Assembly (NCBI GenBank): GCA_965153285.1
Contig: OZ229113.1
Strand: one strand, 5' to 3'
Origin: Podarcis tiliguerta
Lineage: Eukaryota
Length of the DNA: 64,000 nt
In this document: positions 25,990 through 39,570 of the stretch, one piece after another
How positions within the stretch are numbered: position 1 is the first letter of the stretch
Layout: every line of letters starts with the position of its first letter
Program-made: the position numbers and the translations under genes
Notes under the pieces: model-generated
The model's database searches: none
What the model was told of the DNA's origin: nothing
Seen by the model: the letters and a program-made list of their open reading frames with translations, nothing else

Positions 25990-26637
25990 AAAGTGGCATG
26001 AAGACTTTTTGAGATAGTGTGTATAATGAGTTAAAAAAAGATATTTAGGTACACCTTTTATAAAAAACCGAAGGCATTTTTGCTAGGAATGGTTGGAGAG
26101 GACATTAAAAAGGAAGATCAGAAATTCTTCCTGTATGCCACAACAGCATGAAGACTACTCCTCTCACAGAGATGGAAACAACAGGATATCCCGACAATTG
26201 AAGAATGACAACAGAAAGTATGGGAGTATGCGGAAATAGCAAGGCTAACTGGAAGAATCTGACAGCAGGACAATGAGAAATTCCAAAAAGAATGGTCCAA
26301 ATTTATGGTATACTTAGAGAAAACTGTACATGAATAAATACACTCACAGGACTAAAATAAAACTCAAAACGTTTATTGTAAATATTTGGTTAGACCACAA
26401 GATGTAATGCTGTATTATAATAAGGAATGTATGTCTAAAGTATAATACATTTTTTTTTAAGGAATTATAGACACTTATAGAATGTATATATAGTAATCAC
26501 GCTTAAGCAAGAGCAATGTAGAGAAGCCAGAAGAGGGGTGGAGGGAAGTTAACTCAGATAAGATATAGATTTAAAGGAGAATAATTTTGTTAAGCTGTAT
26601 TGTGTATAAGATATTTAGGAAAAAATAATAAAAATTA
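25990..26637 (+). mobile_element. L1-clade LINE 3' end (decayed ORF2 C-terminus plus 3' UTR)
   Basis: Translation KKPKAFLLGMVGEDIKKEDQKFFLYATTA*RLLLSQRWKQQDIPTIEE*QQKVWEYAEIARLT...FQKEWSKF, followed by AT-rich UTR ending in AATAAA. Confidence 0.75.
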
Positions 26638-29055
26638 TTGGGGGGGGGATTTTTTTTAAAAAAAGAGATAATTTCTTCACCCACACTTGTTAAACACAGT
26701 GGCAGGGAAGTCAGTTTGCTGGTCAACTTGACCACCTAGTATTTGACTACTGACAAATATCCACAAAGGCACTGATGCTTGAGGAATTGGCCCACTGCCT
26801 GCTTAGCACAACTTAGCCTGTACAAACTGACTTCAGGATTTTTAACATGCCTCCCGACACCTCTGGAGTATGTTTGTAACCTGCTTTAAGAGAGAATACT
26901 GCTATATACGTAGATATAGGAGAGGTGCATAATGAATGATTCCTGTATCTTCCTTTCATACTTCAAGTGCAAAGTGCAAAAGAGAAACTCATTTATATTT
27001 CCCCACAATGGAACATGTGTACTAACATCAGTGCCCAAAGCACATGAGTACAAACCATCTGTAGGAGAGAAAAAACTTATAATTTAGCTAACAGGACAGA
27101 AAAATAGTTTTGAGTCTAAAATAGCACTGAAGGTGAAACATGACTTCTATAATATGATAGGAGCGTAATGCAATATTGTTGAAGCAGAAAAACACGCATC
27201 ATAAAAAGTAAACACCACTTCTCAGAAGCGTAATCCTGTTCATTTTTCTAAACTTATTTAGAAAGAAGACTGTAGGTGAGACAGGAATTTGCTTATTTAG
27301 TATTTGATTTTCTATATTTCATGCTCTTAATGCAACATTTTGCCAGACTTGATCTCTGATTAGTCATCCTCCCAGAGAAGGTGGAGAGGAACAACTTTGA
27401 AACTGTTTTCTTTTTTCTTTTTTACACTTTCGCTGCTCAGCCTGATGGTTCATGCAGCCACTTTATAATCACCCACTTAAATCCTATAACATACTCAAGC
27501 CTGGCTGCTTTTCAGTTGATCTGCCCTTGCTCGTATTTGTAAACATTCAGGGGCAATTTCAAGTATTCTGTTAAACCAAATGTTACATTGCATAGATGAG
27601 TCACCACCACCACCACTAGCAAATACTGTCAAAATATATCTTTCCCCTTGGAGTTAATGCTTTGCTTGAAGAAGCTGCTAGGCTGTCTGAATAAGTGAGG
27701 ATAACTTGTTCCACTTGCAAAATGAGTCCTGCAGAAAGAAAAAGGACAACCAAGGCACAACTGTGACCCAAACACAGCACATGACCTGATAAGCTAAATC
27801 AATTAGAATCAATATAATAACTATTCCTATCAATAGTACCACAAGCACAACACATTACAAAACAAGTACCAGTCTTTCAAAGTCCATAAAATGCTATTAA
27901 AATGAATTAATATACAAAAATTTACACCAATAAGCAATGGAATGAATCAGCAGCAAATAAACCAATACGTAGGAGAGGAAGCCTCAATGTAGATAAAAAA
28001 CATGAGATTAAGGTTAAAAAAAAAAAGTCAGGCAAAAGAACAAAGCATCATCCAATATTTCTCAACCAAAAATAATTCACACCTGTCCAATGATTCTGCC
28101 TCTCACTCAGAAAGATAGCCATGCTCCTCTGTGTTGTAGTCCCATCCAAATCTCATTGCTGAGCAAGCAGGGACTAGGAGTCTCCAAGGATCACTGACCT
28201 GAGATCAGAATCCACATCTGAAGAGGAATCTACATCTAAGGATGGGGCAGGTGGCAATCCATAGTCAGGCAGTCCAGATGATTACAGAGCCAAAGGTCCT
28301 CATGGAGAGCAGGCAGCAGCAAGGTAGGGCTGACAACCACAGGCATTGTTTCCAGCATCTGGCTGCTGCTGAGAGATCTGTTTAAGAAGGCTGAAGCCAG
28401 CTGGTTCTCATCTGTGTCTTCTGCTCTGTGTCCTTGAAGGCTGATCAGCTGCAGTCTGCAGGTGGAGTCAATCCACCTTTCCACCCTTCAGGCTGCTGTT
28501 CAACAGGAGAAGCTGACTCCTGGCCCATGATATTCTGTTATCATAGCTTTCCATTCCAATCTCCTTCAGGACTCCCACATTAAAAATCTCTCCTTGTGTG
28601 TAAAACAGGTGGTATCTCAACCTTACTTCCACCCAAAAAAGGCAACCGCAACAGGAATAAGCCTGTGGACTTGTCACTTTTGGAATCACCCACAACGGTC
28701 CATCGGGATATCATTTCCCTCTCCCTGCAGCCAGACATGGTGGTGATAGCGGCTCCCCAGGCAACAAGATATTGACAGTCCTTGAGTTGGAGGGGGCTCC
28801 TCAGCCAGGCTGGCAGTGGAAGAGGTGGTGGAAGAGGTGCACACCATTTGAAAACTGAAGGCTGCTAAGATACATAGGCCTGATACATGCATGCAGTCTC
28901 ATCATGACTGATATGAACGGACGGCTTGGACACAGAAATGCGCTATTGGTGACTGTAATATCACAGGCAGAACTTCCATAGCATCTCAAACACAATGCTT
29001 TTGGATGGGAGTCCACTCACCCATTCAGCTTCTTGTAGGGAACTGAAATCATATA

Positions 29056-29558
29056 CAGTGGTACCCCGCAAGACGAATGCCTCGGAAGACGAAAAACTCG
29101 CAAGACAAAAGGGTTTTTCGTTTTCTGAGGTGCTTCGCAAGACGGATTTTCCTAAGGGCTTGCTTCGCTAGACGAAACGGCCCTGCCTCTCGTGTCATGG
29201 CGACAGTCACTGCACGCACACACGCTTCCCTGCTCCTCCGGCTCCCTCCCACCTTCCCACTGACGGTTAGTGCCTCGCGCCGCTGCACCCCCCTCGCGCG
29301 TTCCCCTCAGAGAGCCGTTGCCGCCAGCGCCTCTCTCTCCCTGGAGTCACGCTCCTGAGCCCCGCCGCCCTCCAGCAGCCGCATCGCACAGTGGCCACAA
29401 CACGCAGGTGAGTCTGAGGTACTGGCTGTGGCAGCTGTCTCCCCGCCCCTCCCCACCGTTGTCAGTGTTTAAATGCAGTGGTGCTTCGCAAGACGAAAAG
29501 ACTCGCATAACGAAAAAACTCGCGGAACGAATTAATTTTGTCTTGCTAGGCACCACTG
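29056..29558. mobile_element. Tigger-like MITE with GC/CpG-rich internal cargo
   Basis: TA|CAGTGGT ... ACCACTG|TA; subterminal CGCAAGACGAA repeats shared with 40428-40784. Confidence 0.85.
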
Positions 29559-31545
29559 TACATGTAATATGCAGTATGTCACCTGTTCTCAACTGCAGGC
29601 AGTGCTCCGATGTGCCAGATTTGAGGCTTAGCATGTAATCTAAACAATGTTGAACATTTATATATCTGTAACTGAGAGTATCAATTTGTAAATCATGAGT
29701 GTAATTATCAACTTTAAAAAATTAAAAAAATCATTATCTAAAGTTTTTCCTCTGGTTTCCTCTGCTTAGCTCTATCTTTCTTACAGCATGTTCAGATGAA
29801 TGCTCAAAGTATGGATAGCGGAAGGAGCATTTGTGCAAATCCCTCCCCATAAGCCACCACACACATCACACACTCCTCAGTCCCTGACAGAAGCACCATC
29901 TTCTCAAGTTGATTGAGGGGACCTGCCGCGACATCCTGATGCCACACACACAATGTCCAGATGTCATGCACACAACATCCTGATGTTGTGCACGTGACAC
30001 ATGTGGCTTTATGACATCGTGTGTGTGATGTTGTAAGGAGCCAGGGGGTGGAGCCAAACACCCTCTGAACATTGAGGGGGGCAAGCCTCCTCAAAAATAA
30101 CCTGGGGGGGCCGTGAAACTGCCTTGACTCCTAAGAGCTGGAATGTATGGTTGCTGACCATCCTGAAGTTAATGAAGAAAAGTCTACAGGAGCCTTTGAT
30201 ATGCATTTGCTTGAACATGAGGGGACCTCTCAACATGATCAGGAACCCTGATGGAGAAGGCTACTCATGTTAAAGCAAATGATACAGAGATGATGTAATA
30301 GTAAAATGACAGAACTATCAGCTATACAACTATACAAATATTATCAGGGTTGCCACACACAATATCATCCATCTTACTACCTAGTCCCACAACCATCTCC
30401 TTTCCTTCTTGCTTGAGCTTGGATAGGATATTTGGCTCTTTCACAAGTGTTGGAAATCTATTAAATGTAATTTGCTTAAAATCAGTGACAATGGCCTGAT
30501 CTTGGAAGGCTAGTGAGAATGACAACAGAATAATTAACTGCTAATTTCATTAAATTTTAAAATGGGGAAAAATCTGTGCTTAACAGAACTGCACAAATAT
30601 ACAGTTAAGTTTTATCTCTTGGTGAAGAAACTCCATTTGTACTAAATTACTCCATGATTTATATTTTCCATTTCACCAGGTCATGAAAGATTCAGCAGAT
30701 AGCTGAATAAATTGTTTAAATATGCAAATCTTTGGGGCATTTAGTAATATTTCTCCAAGGATTTCATTCCAGTGCTTCTTGCCTCATCGCTCAAAAGAAC
30801 ATGAATCAGAAGAGGAAGTATATTGCATTTTAATTTACTACATGTTTATTTTAGCAGCAGTTAGTGCATATAGCGCATTCTCATTTTCTCGGGAGATTCT
30901 CAGGAACATGCAACACTTTGGGAATAAAGAAGGAAACTGAGATCATTCAGTCATGAGCTGGCAGGGACAGAATATAATATGAAGACGGTACATTAATATT
31001 GTTATTTGTGGCTTGATTTACTAAGTGCCTGGGAAGCTACCAGTTCCACTTAAGTCAATGGGAGCTGCAAGTGTTTAGTACTCCAGAAAAACAAGTCATT
31101 ATTGTATGTAGTATTATACAGTGAAACCTATTAAACCCTCATAAAGTTGCAATTAATCAGCTGCAGCACATGCATGTTGTAAGTGCTGAGCACCTCTCTC
31201 TTAGCATTTCTATAGAATAAGGTACCCCTTAAATAACATGCAGAAGATCTTGAGATGCTAATGAAATACACCTGTCAATGCAATTTTAAGTTAGAACTCA
31301 AGTGCGGTTTATTTCACTGCTGAAATTTGGCAACACAAATAATCAAAACCACACTTTGTGTCACAATGTAAAAGACAGGCAATGCATGCCAACCATGTGT
31401 TTAACGAGAGAAACACAGGACTGGATGCAATTAAAGTTTACTCTGAGCCAACCCACTGCAACTAATGCACCTAAGTTAGTCATATCCATTCATTTTAATG
31501 GGTTTACTATGCGTTTCCTTTTAGGAATGAGGCATAGCAGAGGCT

Positions 31546-31864
31546 GTGTATACCTGAAGGAGCATCTCCACCCCTATCGTTCTGCCTGGACACTAAGGTC
31601 TAGCACCAAGGGCCTTCTGGCAGTTCCCTCACTGAGAGAAGTGAGGTTACTGGGAACCAGTCAGAGGGCCTTTTTGGTAGTAGCGCCCACCCTGTGGAAC
31701 ACCCTCCCATCAGAGGTTAAAGAAATAAACAACAATATGACATTTAGAAGACATCTGAAGGCAGCCCTATTTAGGGAAGTTTTTAATGACTGATGTTTTA
31801 ATGTATTTTTAATCTTTTGTTGGAAGCTGTGGAAACCTAGCCAGATGGACAGGGTAGAAAAAAA

Positions 31865-31902
<38 letters not shown>
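31546..31902 (+). mobile_element. L2 LINE 3' end with (TTA)n tail
   Basis: YLKEHLHPYRSAWTLRSS..RAFLVVAPTLWNTLP..TFRRHLKAALF then 3' UTR and microsatellite tail. Confidence 0.9.
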
Positions 31903-31905
<3 letters not shown>

Positions 31906-32664
31906 GTTTATTTACACATATATACAACCTGAGCCTACAACAGAGGGATTCACAGCATTAACACCAAAAGAGGGTCTTTTTTCTCACATAACTGCTGCTT
32001 CTGATTCAAACAGAAATCAAATATTGCTCTGACTATCCCTCCAGCTTGCTGCTTTTACCTGGAGCTCACATCACTGCCCAAAACTCCCTACCCTCAACTC
32101 TAGCCGTGTCCTTGTAACTATTCATAAGTTGGGGAAGGGGCCCCATCCAGGCCCCACCCCTTTGCCACCTTGACATATGGCCTGCTTCCCCCCACCAAAC
32201 TCATAACATTATGTTGGAAGTGCCACTTGTAATGCTACAAACCAACAGTGTGTTTTGATTGTCCTCGGAACTCAAAGAGCATTAGTTGATTAAAACCACA
32301 AATGCACTTCCCATGCTTAAATCTTCTTAGAAGAAAAATAGTATACTATGCTTGAAGCCCATCAATAAACATAACTCAAAGCCCTATCGTTACAAGAGAT
32401 TTCTGTTCAACTAAAGAGAAAACAGCTTCAGGATTGCCTTATGCGAATGCAAAAGCATTTCCTTGTTCATTAAATAGGACAACAACGCCCTATAGCTATG
32501 AAGCTCCATATATGTGTCCAATATGCTACAATGTCTGCTGAAAACAAAAGGAAATACTATTAATCTATATTTTCCTCTTACAGGTCAATAGTATGTATGT
32601 TCCACTGTGTACAGTGGTGTTTACATTCAGGTAAATGTGTACAGGATTGCACCGTTTCAGCAGA

Positions 32665-32893
32665 ATCAAACAGACTTCCACCTAAACATTAGGAAGAACT
32701 TCCTGACAGTAAGAGCTGTTCGACAGTGGAATTTTCTGCCAAGGAGTGTGGTGGAGTCTCCTTCTTTGGAAGTCTTTAAGCAGAGGCTTGACAAGCATAT
32801 GTCAGGAGTGCTCTGATGGTGTTTCCTGCTTGGCAGGGGGTTGGACTCGATGGCCCTTGTGGTCTCTTCCAACTCTATGATTCTATGATTCTA
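32665..32893 (+). mobile_element. CR1 LINE 3' end
   Basis: FHLNIRKNFLTVRAVRQWN..PRSVVESPSLEVFKQRLD* and (ATTCTATG)n-type octamer tail. Confidence 0.92.
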
Positions 32894-34599
32894 CGTATCT
32901 ACTCAGAAATATGTTGCACTGAATTCAATAGGGATTACACCTAAATAAACAGGTATAGAGTTCTATATCCACTTGTCTTTGAGAAAGCCCTGTTGAACTA
33001 AGCTAGATCTTCTGAGTAGACATGTTTAGGATTTCATTGCTAATCTTTTGCCATCATATGCTTAACAACATAAAATGTTTACAATTCCAAATGATGGTTA
33101 AATATTTCTATACAGCTTCTGCAGTCTGCTCTTCCTTGGAGCGGGGAATGGAATCTGATGACTCCCTTACTTTTATATAAAAAAACCAATTTGTGCCTCC
33201 TTAAATCCTCTTACCTGAAAAATCAGCACAACACCTTCCTAGTTTCTTTTTTAAAGGAAACAAGCTTAGTTTAAAAAGCACTTCAGTAGGCCAGTTCTCT
33301 ATAAGTGCTTCTTCCTTCTGGACTCTGTGTTTTCACATTTCAAGAGAAAGAATATAAAGTGTGAACTCATATTAAGTAACAGAGTTGCAGACTGCATCAA
33401 AAACATCTAGGGGGAATATAATTGATTCTGACCAGACCCAAATTGGCTTAGCTTCAGTAAAATGGTGGCCTCATGTGCCTTGCAACACAAGGGAGTAGGG
33501 AAAGTAAATCCCTTTTTACATCAGAGCAATGCTTAATGATAATAACTCTTATTTAACACTGGAAAAAAAAATGGGAAAGAGGGCCTTCAAAATACTTGCA
33601 GTACAATCCCAGGCAAGTTCATTAAAACTAAGTCCTGCTTAGTTCAGTGTGTCACTTTTTATTAAAAGCATCTTAAATATACACACTTACTGCCAGGTAA
33701 GTCATACTGAACTCAATTTAGAGTAGATATGCATAAAATTGTATTGAACTTTTTTATGTACACATGTGATGTGAAAGTGTGTGCACTTTTTAAAAGGTTC
33801 TATTAATTTTAAAGCATGAATATAAGATTTAGTATGCACACATCTCAAATCAATATTTCTTGTATATATGCCATACAAGATTAATTTAACTTTAATTAAA
33901 ATTAACTGTACTACACCAGTTTTCATATTTCACCCAACCACTCAGCTTTTCTACTTCTTCCAATGGGAAGGAGCAGAGAAAACTCTCTGATTTGCCAATG
34001 TTTCATATGACTGGAGAACTTTTTTCATTTCTGAAATGCAAATTTGCTCTCATGAGTATTCACAATCACAAGGCAAAGCATTGACAGGAGCTTATGATTC
34101 ACGATTTAGACACTGCTCTAAAACAGTTGTTTTGAAGGCGTGTTCAAATTCACTAAGCTCTCATCCTGTCTAAAAGATCTTGTTCTAAATTACAATAGTT
34201 TACAATCTTTTTAGAAATATAGCAGAGTGGCTTAAAAATAGGATACAGACATTGCTGTTTCAAGCCATTCAACCTTACTAGCATTCCCATTTCATTCAAG
34301 GGTAGAGTGACACCATATATCTACAATCTATGCCTAGTATAAGTAAGGGCACAGTCCATATGAAATATCAAATACCTATGACTGAATCACATTTCATGCT
34401 TTTTCTATCATGTTGGTTAAGAGACAATGTTCAAGGGTGTTTGGTTCTTAGATAATTCAGAAGGTACTTCCTTTTACATCTGTATGATGCAATACATTTG
34501 ATCCTGGTTAGCACAGGAAAACATTAAAAGCATCATATAACATGGCACGAGATAAACATAGGTATATCTTATCATATAATATACCATAACTCATGACCT

Positions 34600-34893
34600 C
34601 AGTGGTGTAGCTAGCTGCTCTGGCACCTGGAGCAGCAGGGGTGGGGCGAGCCGCCCATGGGGGCACCACGGTGATCTGCCCAGGGGCAGCGGCCCAGTGA
34701 TCCACCCAGGGGGGTGGCATGGCGAGCTGCCCACAGGGTCCACCTGGTGGATGCAAGCCCCATGCTGCCATTTTGGGCAGGGCCCCGAGCCACCGCATCA
34801 CTCCCAGGCTCCGCTGTAAGTGCTGCCATTTTGTCACCCCCCCTCAAGGATGGCACCTGGGGCAGACCGCACCCCCCCCTTCCTACACCCCTG
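34600..34893. mobile_element. GC-rich non-autonomous DNA transposon (TIR element)
   Basis: CAGTGGTGTAG ... CTACACCCCTG termini; abrupt GC-rich island in AT-rich flanks. Confidence 0.6.
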
Positions 34894-35280
34894 CATGACC
34901 TAAACATATTTTGATCTAAAGTTCACCTGCTCCATTACACATGTCTACATTAGAGCAAAGCCCTGGATTATACTTTTTATTATATGTATTTTTCCTTCAG
35001 ATGTTGACAATTTAAACCGATTTTAGTTGAAGTTCACTGTTTTAAGGGAAACTAGATTGCTTAGAGGATTTGTAATTAGATGAAAAGAGTTATAGCTCTA
35101 GGGAATGCATTTAAAGGTTTCAGTACCAGGTCCGAGTCCTGAAATGGGGGAAGAACTAGGCCTCTGAACATGTGCAGAGTTCCTTTCTCCCAACACTGTA
35201 CTTCCTGGCACACTTAGAATTCAGAAGCAGGTTCTTGTTTCTTAGGCAGGATTTTCAGCATAAGAGCTAAACTCTCCTGC

Positions 35281-35304
35281 ATATATATATATATATATAT
35301 ATAT
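35281..35304. repeat. (AT)n microsatellite
   Basis: Direct inspection. Confidence 0.9.
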
Positions 35305-36657
35305 TCCATTTTCCCTCTCACTCCTCCATCAATACATCCAATTCAGAAACGTTTTCATTCATTCTTTTTTAAAACAACCTATTAGGATAGTAAGAGAAGG
35401 CGCTTTTCATTTTCCAGCGTTCACTCTGATGCTTATCAATGAAAACGAAGGAAGTGGAGGTCATGAAATATTCCATTGCTCAAATTGCTCCTTGCCATCT
35501 ACCTCTCCTCGCCATAAATTTCCAGCACAGCTCTGGGAGAAGCAGAAAGAGCTAGCCAAGAGCAAATTGAATTGATTTGCATTTCACCGAAAGCTTCAAG
35601 GAGGAAAGTTCAGAAGGGTTGTGGGGAGCAAATGCATTTTAAAAGAGGTTGTATTGCCATTTCTTAGCTTGCCTCAGACCACATGACACAGTTATGTGGT
35701 AAAAGAATTATGATTTTAATATCACTATAACCAATGGTATGCAAGAGATAAAAAGACAGAGATATGCCATTTTGATAAATAGCCTATTTGTGTTTCATAG
35801 CCAGGGTTCAGCTTACATTATTAATATGAATAGTACAAAAAAGCAAGAAGAAAAAAAGAAAAAAGGAAGGCAAAAGTAACAAATATGGTTGCTTCCTGAA
35901 AAGTGGGACATTTGAGACCAAATGTGGGTGCTCTGTTTACTCGTACTGTATGAGCTTTCGTGCATAGAGAATGTTTATCAGATCAAAACTTTGCTCTCTT
36001 GCTTGGTGAATGCTCTTGCCGTACTTCATGTGATTGTTTCCCTGTGCATACTGTAAATGGAGTGTCTTAATAGGGGCAGTGGGCTTTCCTCAAAAGAAGA
36101 AAGTTCTGAAAGATACACTACTCCCTGGTGAAATAAGGGCAAGACTTCTGCCATTCAGTATGCCATAGGGATATGCCTCACGTACTTCCTTCGTAACCGT
36201 GATAACCCAGATATATGGGAATCTGCTGATATTTGTGTTCGTTCCAAATTAATTAATTGCCTTTAGGGTAAAAAACCATAATGTATTTTTAACAGCATTT
36301 GTTGTTGTTGTTTCTTCATAAAACTCAAAGCTTAATCCAGCTAAGAAGACATATGGGATTGCTTTAAAAATAAAATAAAACACCAAAAGCTTGGGTTTTT
36401 GCATTTTTAAGTTACAACTATAAATCTGTTGATCTTGGAATTAAGTATTTAGCCGAAGATATGGGCAAAATTAGAAACATTTTAAAAGACAATTATAGGG
36501 AACTTTGTTTTGTGTTTCCTTAGAGAACTTCAGGAAATTGATAGGTTCAGTATATCCTGTTGTTATATGGCAGCACCTCAAACGTCCTCCAATGAAAATT
36601 AGACCACTATCCTCTAAATGGTATAAGAACAATGAATATAGCATGTATATGTCATAG

Positions 36658-36913
36658 GTATAGTGGCGCCCGCCCTGTGGAACGCCCTCCCTTCAGATGT
36701 GAAGGAAATAAGCAGCTATCTTCTCTTTAAAAGACATCTGAAGGCAGCCCTGTTTAGGCAAGTTTTTAATATTTAATGCTGTATTGTTTTTATGTGATCA
36801 TGGTATCTCCCCTGCCAGGTAAGTATTAATGCTATATTGTTTTTAACACTTGATTGGAAGCTGCCCAGATTGGCTGGGGAAACTCAGCCAGATGGGTGGG
36901 GTATAAATAATAA

Positions 36914-36962
<49 letters not shown>

Positions 36963-36963
36963 T
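36658..36963 (+). mobile_element. L2 LINE 3' end with (TTA)n tail, hosting the U1 fragment
   Basis: gtggcgcccgccctgtggaacgccctccc...aagacatctgaaggcagccctgttt...ggaagctgcccaga...ggtataaataataaatt(att)n. Confidence 0.9.
36794..36826 (-). pseudogene. RNU1: U1 snRNA 5'-fragment retropseudogene (nt 1-33), tailless
   Basis: Reverse complement ATACTTACCTGGCAGGGGAGATACCATGATCAC matches the vertebrate U1 5' end as recalled; flanked by 19-bp direct repeats 36774-36792 and 36827-36845 (1 mismatch). Confidence 0.9.
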
Positions 36964-37756
36964 ACTTGTCATGAGTCATGACACAAGTTGGTAAGAATCC
37001 ACACAATGTGTTGTATCCAGTGCTGCTATTCTGCTCACATAGCAGACTTGCATAGGGGAACGTCCCTCTCGTCTTCCCTGCAGCCTCCCTGGCGCGCCGT
37101 CCAGAGAAGATACGGGGAGTATTCAGGGAGGAGGAACAGAAGAAGTCCACTTGCATGAGCAGAACTCCATTTGTGCAGGATTGGTTACAATTGGCTACTT
37201 TCATCAAAGAAATATCAGAGAGTAGAATTCTATTCTTATATTTCAAGACTCTCCCACGACCGCCCACCAGCTATTCAATTTAGCAATGGAAATGTTATAA
37301 TAAAATATAGATACCGCAAAAAATGCCTTCTCAAAACTGGAACTAAGACTCTGTTCCAAAATGGTTAAGTTCTCATAAAACCAATTATGCAGAAGCGAAA
37401 CACTGCAGTATAAGTTTTACAAATACAAGAGAAATGCTTGTTGGGAGACTTAGCTGGGAATAAGTCAGACTGAACTCAGAGGGACTTACTTCTGAGTAGA
37501 CATTTGGAAGCTTGCGCTGTTACATGATCTAGCTTCTTATTTGAACAAACTAATTTACACACATGATTATTTAATGATAGACGGCATTTAATGATAAACG
37601 GCTGAAAAATCATAGACGCAATCTACTGTGTGTGGGGGGGGGGGAGTTTCAGCTGGAAATATTTAATACATTATTAACAGCAAACAATCCTAAAATGTTT
37701 ATTGCTGAGACACAATGGATACATCTTTGAGCGAGTTAAACTTGCACTGAGCATCA

Positions 37757-37936
<180 letters not shown>

Positions 37937-38277
37937 TTAGGAATATAAAATTGAATAGCACAGTGATTAAAAATGCATTCCAACTCTTTGATGCCTCACT
38001 CCATTATTTAAATCAGACTTGGCTACAATGCTATACCTGCTTACTGGCAAGTAAGTCTACTGAATGCAGGGAGATAATTTTAAATAAACATGTCTAGAAT
38101 TGTAATGTTCATCAGAGGCGTGACCTGGCCATGTAATCCATATGCAAGCAAATTCTCAATAACTTAGAAAAGATATGCAGAAGCAGGGGCAATTTTGAAG
38201 TTCATTACATGGATCTCTTCTTCCTTTCACTAAACTCATAAATAAGACCTATATTCAATCAAGGCAGTCTTTCTTAC

Positions 38278-38757
38278 TGTTGAGATTAATTCAGAATGAC
38301 CGCTCCCCACATCAAATGGTTTCAGGCCTTGGGCAGAATCCTTTAGTCTATCTTCCTAAATGGGGGGGAGGGGCGTGAAGCAGTGACCCACGCCCCCCTT
38401 GCGGCTGTGATACCAGGGTTCCCCATTAAAGGGGACTTGAGGGGAGGCATTGGCCATACGCTGAGACGTCGTCATTGCTCTCCCCTCCAATGGCAGCAAA
38501 ACAGGGGGCAGGCTCTCTGCTTGAACATATATTCTCCAGAGCTAACCCAATTTCCACACATTCTGGATAACCCTGAAGTCTCCCAGATCCCTGGCTGGGG
38601 ACTGGGAAGGATAAATGCCCAATGCCTGAGCCAAGGTCTACCTACATCTGAAACTTAATAAAGTTGTAGCCAATTTTAATCCCATAGCACATTATCTTGA
38701 GTCATTATTCTGCTTGGGGGTCGCCTGGGGTTGGGGGGACTCCGCCTGTCCACGCAA
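38278..38757 (+). mobile_element. Probable solo LTR (ERV-like)
   Basis: Starts TGTTGAG; AATAAA near 38657; flanked by cttac/tttac (5-bp TSD, 1 mismatch); GC-rich versus flanks. Confidence 0.6.
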
Positions 38758-39570
38758 TTTACCATTTACTGTAAAGCCAAAAGGACTATAATGAGATAGA
38801 AAAGTAATAATTTGTTCTGTTGACCTATAACGATCAGAAATACATGTCCAAACTTTCTTGATAGATAGCAAGATTTTAGAGAGAACATTATTTCTCTTAA
38901 ACAAAACTGCATTATAAAAAAAAGTTTATTCAGCATCTGTTTCTGAAAGGATTTCTACAGTACAAAAATCAATAAAAAATGCACAAACCTTTCTTATGTA
39001 TTCCTACAAGTGAAAGCCGAGATCAACAAAGAAGAAAAAAAGCTTACACAATCACTCAGCTGTTTAGTAAAATTAGATGTAGAAGTTCTGTATGCAGGTT
39101 TCTTGGCTCCACTGTATCATAGAATCTACTGTATCACCTTATCTGTGTCCTCCCACTCCCCGAGAGGTCTGGAGGGTGACAACACAAGAAGAGAGAGGCT
39201 CGCCTGGTGCCATGATTCAATGTCTTTAGGCACCAGGCAAAACCATTCCTCCATCTAAGCATTTTCTAAGTGGGGCAATGAGAAGTAAGGAGGGCAGCAG
39301 CGCTTTTCCTGAGCTGTTCCACCTCAGCTTGGCCCTCCAGGTGGGCAGCAGGCGCAGAGGGTGATCCAGCAGGGGTCAAAGAAGGGCCAGAGCCCACAAG
39401 TTCGGCCTCAGAGATGTGAAGGGGTCTGATGTAGATTAAAGTTGGATGCCTTGCAGCATGTCCCTTAGCCTCTTGGGGCAGGCTGGCTTGCTCACCCAGT
39501 CTCCTTCATTGTCTTGTTGCAGCAGCTGCTCTGGCTGCTCCTGTTGCCTGAAGACAACACCTAGCCAGGC

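Noticed and set aside
28200-29030. GC-balanced segment with NGVHL and GEGND peptides suggesting an SGNH esterase/DIRS remnant
   Set aside because: Motifs lie in different frames and in the wrong order; no coherent homology
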